Positions 43,350 to 47,620 of a stretch of 47,620 nucleotides of DNA are shown piece after piece; the first letter of the stretch is position 1; every line of letters begins with the position of its first letter. A model generated the notes under the pieces. That model was not told the origin of the DNA. It searched no databases and was given only the letters and a program-made list of their open reading frames with translations. The stretch comes from Gemmataceae bacterium (lineage in GTDB: Bacteria > Planctomycetota > Planctomycetia > Gemmatales > Gemmataceae): positions 1-47,620 of the forward strand of contig JAIEQO010000290.1 of the NCBI GenBank assembly GCA_019747655.1. The letters run 5' to 3'. A program made the position numbers and the translations under genes.

Positions 43350-44615
43350 TTACGCCCTACCGGCGTGAAGGTCTTCCATCACCGCCTGTGCGGCCCGCCA
43401 CCCGCTCGTCATGGCCCCGTCGATCGACCCGTTGTCCCGGTGGTCGCCGCAGACGTACAGCCCGGGCTGGAGCCGCACCGGCCGCTGCCACGGGTCGAGC
43501 TTCCCGGCCGTCTGGTCCGGCAGCGAGTGCGGGATGCGATCGACCCGCAGGAGCCGCCACCCGGTCACGTCCGGGCCGAACCAGTCGGTCAACTGGGCGC
43601 GGACGAGCCGATCGAGTTCGTCGTCGGGTTCGGTGAACAGCCCGACGCACGACGCCGACACCAGGGCCTTGCCCGGCGGGGCGTAGGCGGGCGAGGCGTT
43701 CGACATCACCACGAGCGAGTTGACCGGGCCACGGCCCTCGCCGTCGAGGCAGAGGATGGGCTCGTCCACCGGCGGCCGGTCGGCCGCGTAGTACAGGGTG
43801 GTGCTGCCGTTCGACCCGGGCTCGGGCACGTCCTCGCCGAGGAGCTTCGCCGCCGCCGGCCCGTCGGTCGCCACGACCACGGCCCCGGCCCGCAGCACCT
43901 CCCCGCCGGCCAGCGTCACCTCCCGCTGCCCGACCGCCTCGACCGCGGCGTTTAACCGGACCGAGTCGGTCGGGAGCTTGGCCGCGATCTGCTCGGGGAT
44001 GGCCTGCATCCCGTTCGCGGGGACGGCCCCCGGCCCCTCGGCGAACATCCGGAACACGAACCGGAAGAACCGGCTGGACGTGGCCAGGGTCTTGTCCAGG
44101 GCGACCCCGCCGAAGAACGGGCGGAACAGCCGGTCGATCATCTTGTCGGTGAACCGGCCGTTCCAGCGGAGCAGGTCGAGTGTCAGCCGCTCGTCTTTTG
44201 TGAACTGGTCTTCGAGCTTCCCGGCACCGGTATCCCAGGAGAACGGCAGCAGCCGGAGCTTGTCCCGGGCGGTGCCGACGCCGTTGAACAACGACAGCCC
44301 GGCGGCCAGCGGCTCGCTCCGGGGGTCGGCCACCCGGCGGAACTTCCCGCCGACGCGGACCAGGGCCCCGCGGGTGAACGGCTTGAGGTCGAGGGCGTCG
44401 AGGTCGAGGACCCGCCGCCCCTCGGGGTAGGCGGTCAGGTAGATTTGGAACCCGCGGTCGAGCCGGAAGCCGTTCACGACATCCGTGCGGACGCGGCCGC
44501 CGACGCCGTCCGAGGCTTCGAGGATGCGGAACGACTTGCCGCACTCGGCCAGCCGCTTGCCGCAGCAGAGGCCGGCCAGCCCGGCCCCGACGATCAGCAC
44601 GTCCGGTTCGGTCAT
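43350..44615 (-). CDS. FAD-dependent oxidoreductase (amine oxidase family)
   Basis: IVGAGLAGL, GGRVRTD, LDRGFQ, GAMTSG. Confidence 0.92.
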   Translation of the reverse strand: MTEPDVLIVGAGLAGLCCGKRLAECGKSFRILEASDGVGGRVRTDVVNGFRLDRGFQIYLTAYPEGRRVLDLDALDLKPFTRGALVRVGGKFRRVADPRSEPLAAGLSLFNGVGTARDKLRLLPFSWDTGAGKLEDQFTKDERLTLDLLRWNGRFTDKMIDRLFRPFFGGVALDKTLATSSRFFRFVFRMFAEGPGAVPANGMQAIPEQIAAKLPTDSVRLNAAVEAVGQREVTLAGGEVLRAGAVVVATDGPAAAKLLGEDVPEPGSNGSTTLYYAADRPPVDEPILCLDGEGRGPVNSLVVMSNASPAYAPPGKALVSASCVGLFTEPDDELDRLVRAQLTDWFGPDVTGWRLLRVDRIPHSLPDQTAGKLDPWQRPVRLQPGLYVCGDHRDNGSIDGAMTSGWRAAQAVMEDLHAGRA

Positions 44616-44635
44616 GCCCTTCAGCTTACGGCCGG

Positions 44636-45361
44636 CTACTTCTTCGGCTTCCGCTTCGCCCCGCCCTTCTTCGGCTTGGCGACCGGCTCGTCGGGCAAGT
44701 CGGTGAACAGGTCGGCCACCGTGAGCTTGAGCGCGGGTAGTACCCCCCCCCCGGTCAGCGTGTCCGCCGGACCGAGCATGGTAGCCTCATCGGCCGATGT
44801 GTAGACCTGCACGGTCCGCCGCTTCGGGTCGACGACCCACACAAGCCGGACCCCGGAGTCGAAGTACTCTTTCCGCTTACGCTTCATTTCGCGCGGCGTG
44901 TTGCTCGGGCTGAGCACCTCGACGGCCAGGTCCGGCGCGATCGTCGGGATCGGCTCACGCGGCACCTTGCGGTTCGGCAGCCGGTCCCAGTGCGTGAACG
45001 ACACGTCCGGCGCCCGAACGTACCGAGACGAGATGCGGAGGAAGGCATCGCCGCCGAGCAGCATGCCGACCCCGCCGACCCGCTCCGACAACCGCCCGAT
45101 GAAAAGGATGAGGTTGATGGCGACGAATCCGGCGTCGACGGACACGGCTTTCTCCACCAGGGTACCGTCGGTGAGTTCGAACTTGCGGTGTTCCTTGCAG
45201 TAAATCCGGTAGACGTCTTTCGCCGTTGCCGTTCCGGGCGGCGGGTCGAGCCGGACCCGGTTGGCGGGCACCCCGAGGTCGCGGAGCAGTTCATCGTTCA
45301 TTACGTACGTCGGCCGCCGGGCCTTCTTCGGCGGCCGGGTCGTCCTCGCGGCGGATGCCAT
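44636..45361 (-). CDS. Uma2 family endonuclease
   Basis: RAPDVSF, APDLAVEVLSPSNT, YFDSGVRLVWVVDP; GGAGG RBS. Confidence 0.93.
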   Translation of the reverse strand: MASAARTTRPPKKARRPTYVMNDELLRDLGVPANRVRLDPPPGTATAKDVYRIYCKEHRKFELTDGTLVEKAVSVDAGFVAINLILFIGRLSERVGGVGMLLGGDAFLRISSRYVRAPDVSFTHWDRLPNRKVPREPIPTIAPDLAVEVLSPSNTPREMKRKRKEYFDSGVRLVWVVDPKRRTVQVYTSADEATMLGPADTLTGGGVLPALKLTVADLFTDLPDEPVAKPKKGGAKRKPKK

Positions 45362-45390
45362 CGCTCGTCCTCCGTGTGTGGATGCCGGGG

Positions 45391-46980
45391 TCAGCCGTTG
45401 GACGGGGCCGGGACGGCGAGCAGGTCGTCGGTCGGCTTGAGCCGGTCCCGGAGCTGCCGCCCGGCCACCCGGTTGACCACCTCCAGGTACGCTAACGCGC
45501 TGGCCTCGACCACGTCCACGCTGACCGCCCGGGCCCGGGACCGGCGGCCGCCGTGGTCGATCTCCACCTGGGCCTCGCCCAGCGCGTCCATGTCCTGCGT
45601 CACCGACCGGACCCGGTAGTCGACCACCTTCACCGCCACCCCGGTCACCCGGTCGATGGCCTTGAACAGGGCGTCGATCGGCCCGTTGCCGACGGCCGCG
45701 TCCCGCCGGACCGTGCCGCCCGTGTGCCGCAGGGCGACCGCCGCCGAGGTCTGCGAGCCGGTCCCGGCCGTGCTGGTGAACCCGGCCAGGGCCCACGTCG
45801 CCGCCGCCCCGGCCTGCAACTGGTTCTCGGCCAGGGCCTCGATGTCGGCGTCGTACACCTCCTTCTTCTTGTCGGCCAGCCTCTTGAACTCCTCGAACAG
45901 CCGGTTGAGCTGGTCGTCGGTCAGGTGGTAGCCGAGGGCCGTCACCCGCTGCTTCAGGGCGTGCCGGCCGCTGTGCTTGCCGAGCACCAGCTCGGTGCTG
46001 GGGATGCCCACGTCCTCCGGCCGCATGATCTCGTAGGTGCTCCGCTCCTTGAGCATCCCGTCCTGGTGGATGCCGGCCTCGTGGGCGAAGGCGTTCTGCC
46101 CGACGATGGCCTTGTTCCGCTGCACCGCCATCCCGGTGATGTGCGACAGCTTCCGGCTGACCGGGTGCAGGAGCCGGGTGTTGATCCCCGTGGTCAGGTT
46201 GTAGAAGTCGTGGCGGGTGCGGAGGGCCATGACGACCTCTTCCAGGGCCGTGTTCCCGGCCCGCTCGCCGATCCCGTTGATCGTGCATTCCACCTGCCGG
46301 GCGCCTTCCTGGAGGGCGGCCAGGGTGTTGGCCACGGCCAGCCCGAGGTCGTTGTGGCAGTGGACGGACAGCACGCACTTGTCGATGCCGCGGACGTGCT
46401 GCTTGAGGTGCCGGATGACGGCCGCGTAGTGGCTCGGCACGGCGTACCCGACGGTGTCCGGGATGTTCAGCGTCGTCGCCCCGGCCTCGACCGCCTTCTC
46501 TACGACTTCCGCGAGGAAGTCGAGTTCCGTCCGGGCCGCATCCTCGGGCGAGAACTCGATATCTTCGCAGTACCCGCGGGCGCGTTTGACGCCCTCGACC
46601 GCCCGGGCGACCACCTCGGCCGGGGTCATCCGCAGCTTGAACTCGCGGTGGATGGCGCTGGTGGCCAGGAAGACGTGGATGCGGGGCCGGGCGGCCTCCT
46701 TGATCGCCTCGGCCGCCCGGTCGATGTCGGCCGGGTTGCACCGGGCCAGGCCACAGATGACCGGCCCGCGGACCTCCCGGGCGATCGCCCGGACGGCCTC
46801 GAAGTCGCCCGGGGAGGCGATCGGGAACCCGGCCTCGATCACGTCCACCCCGAGGTCGGCCAGGGCCCGGGCCATCTCCAGCTTCTCCCCGAGGTGCATG
46901 CTGCACCCCGGGCTCTGCTCGCCGTCGCGCAGGGTGGTGTCGAACACGAGGACGCGGGCGGGGTCGGCCGGCGGGGTCAT
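45391..46980 (-). CDS. leuA: 2-isopropylmalate synthase
   Basis: [45 protein letters not shown]. Confidence 0.97.
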   Translation of the reverse strand: MTPPADPARVLVFDTTLRDGEQSPGCSMHLGEKLEMARALADLGVDVIEAGFPIASPGDFEAVRAIAREVRGPVICGLARCNPADIDRAAEAIKEAARPRIHVFLATSAIHREFKLRMTPAEVVARAVEGVKRARGYCEDIEFSPEDAARTELDFLAEVVEKAVEAGATTLNIPDTVGYAVPSHYAAVIRHLKQHVRGIDKCVLSVHCHNDLGLAVANTLAALQEGARQVECTINGIGERAGNTALEEVVMALRTRHDFYNLTTGINTRLLHPVSRKLSHITGMAVQRNKAIVGQNAFAHEAGIHQDGMLKERSTYEIMRPEDVGIPSTELVLGKHSGRHALKQRVTALGYHLTDDQLNRLFEEFKRLADKKKEVYDADIEALAENQLQAGAAATWALAGFTSTAGTGSQTSAAVALRHTGGTVRRDAAVGNGPIDALFKAIDRVTGVAVKVVDYRVRSVTQDMDALGEAQVEIDHGGRRSRARAVSVDVVEASALAYLEVVNRVAGRQLRDRLKPTDDLLAVPAPSNG

Positions 46981-47001
46981 GGCGGGGTCTCCGGCGGGGG
47001 G

Positions 47002-47042
47002 TAAACGAAAGCGGCCCCGGAACCTGTCGGTGTCCGGGGCCG
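47002..47042 (-). terminator. Attenuator terminator upstream of leuA
   Basis: Stem CGGCCCCGGA/TCCGGGGCCG followed by CTTTCGTTT on the minus strand. Confidence 0.7.
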
Positions 47043-47063
47043 TGGTCGTCGCGGGGTTGGGGT

Positions 47064-47144
47064 TCAACCGTCGCGGGATGCGGGACCGCCCCGGGCCTGT
47101 CGGCCGAGCAGTAGGAGCCCCGGAAGCAGTCGTGCCGCGGTCAT
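47064..47144 (-). CDS. leuL: leu leader peptide MTAARLLPGLLLLGRQARGGPASRDG
   Basis: 26 aa, six Leu codons including a CTC CTA CTG CTC run; GAGG RBS; precedes the terminator and leuA. Confidence 0.75.
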   Translation of the reverse strand: MTAARLLPGLLLLGRQARGGPASRDG

Positions 47145-47207
47145 GCTGGTGAACCTCTGCCGGTAATGTAAGGGACGCCGGCCCGGGATGCAACCCGACT
47201 CCGCCGG

Positions 47208-47620
47208 CTACCGGCTGTACCCGTACCGGTTGCCGAACCGGTCGGCCGTCCGGTTGAGCCGCACGTCGAACCACCCGACGGCGGCGGTAACGGCCGTGGC
47301 CAGCCCGCCGTCCCGGACCTTCGGCACCCACAGCTCGGCCCGCACCTCGTCCCCGGCCCGGCGGACCGTCAGGGCGGCCGGCGGCAGGGCGTCGAGCGCC
47401 TTGGCCACCTCGGCCCACGCCTTCGTCTCGGCCTCGGTCTGCTTGGCCTCGAAGCCCGGCGGGGGCGGGGCCTCGAACCGCCGGACCCGGCCCGGCAGCG
47501 GCGGCCCGGCGTTCGACGGCGTGGCCACCGGCCCGACCGACCGCAGGGCGTCGCTCAGCCCGTTCAGTGCGGCCGAGAGCGAGACCGTCCCGACCACCGC
47601 CGGGGCCGGGTCGCCGGCCG
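47208..47620 (-). CDS. 3' end of a hypothetical protein (partial)
   Basis: Open frame with typical codon bias running from the window edge. Confidence 0.65.
   Translation of the reverse strand, partial: AGDPAPAVVGTVSLSAALNGLSDALRSVGPVATPSNAGPPLPGRVRRFEAPPPPGFEAKQTEAETKAWAEVAKALDALPPAALTVRRAGDEVRAELWVPKVRDGGLATAVTAAVGWFDVRLNRTADRFGNRYGYSR

Noticed and set aside
29049-47004. Many long overlapping ORFs in the track (e.g. 29049-31145, 34664-36340, most of 39333-42239, 45553-47004)
   Set aside because: Arg/Pro/Gly-rich shadow frames of high-GC genes with no motifs; the real frames were chosen by conserved motifs and RBS

Overview
The window looks planctomycetal (Gemmataceae-like, inferred from gene content and repeat types) and falls into two parts. 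(1) About 1-27.5 kb is visibly less GC-rich and is the right-hand part of an integrated mobilizable/conjugative element. It carries a MobF/TrwC relaxase-helicase, a VirD4-like coupling protein behind a ParB-like gene, a ParA plus small partner with a 4-bp-periodic centromere-like array, and two tandem excisionase-like HTH genes. A cluster of small genes (orphan methyltransferase, DUF6900, M48 peptidase) lies behind two related long hairpins that resemble ssDNA promoters. Cargo includes an exosortase-like protein, a Cys-rich repeat surface protein, an OmpA-domain protein, an apparently dead sugar-transferase homologue coupled to an HTH gene, and a protein of about 11 tandem 41-aa repeats with hypervariable positions. 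No integrase or mating-pair-formation genes are visible. The element appears to end inside the attC of an ankyrin gene cassette that sits at an attI-like site with no adjacent intI. (2) About 28.4-47.6 kb is high-GC core chromosome: DUF5872/DUF6321 pair, VWA protein, desaturase, SDR, O-antigen ligase family, MoxR-DUF58 operon, HAD, FAD oxidoreductase, Uma2, and leuA with a leader-peptide attenuator. The best candidates for novelty are the 41-aa modular repeat protein, a TTAA-N7-TTAAC box shared by the relaxase and two cargo genes, the HTH/pseudo-phosphoglycosyltransferase pair with a duplicated palindromic operator, an in-frame MITE, and the insertion into attC. All family names come from motif recognition by eye, not from database searches.
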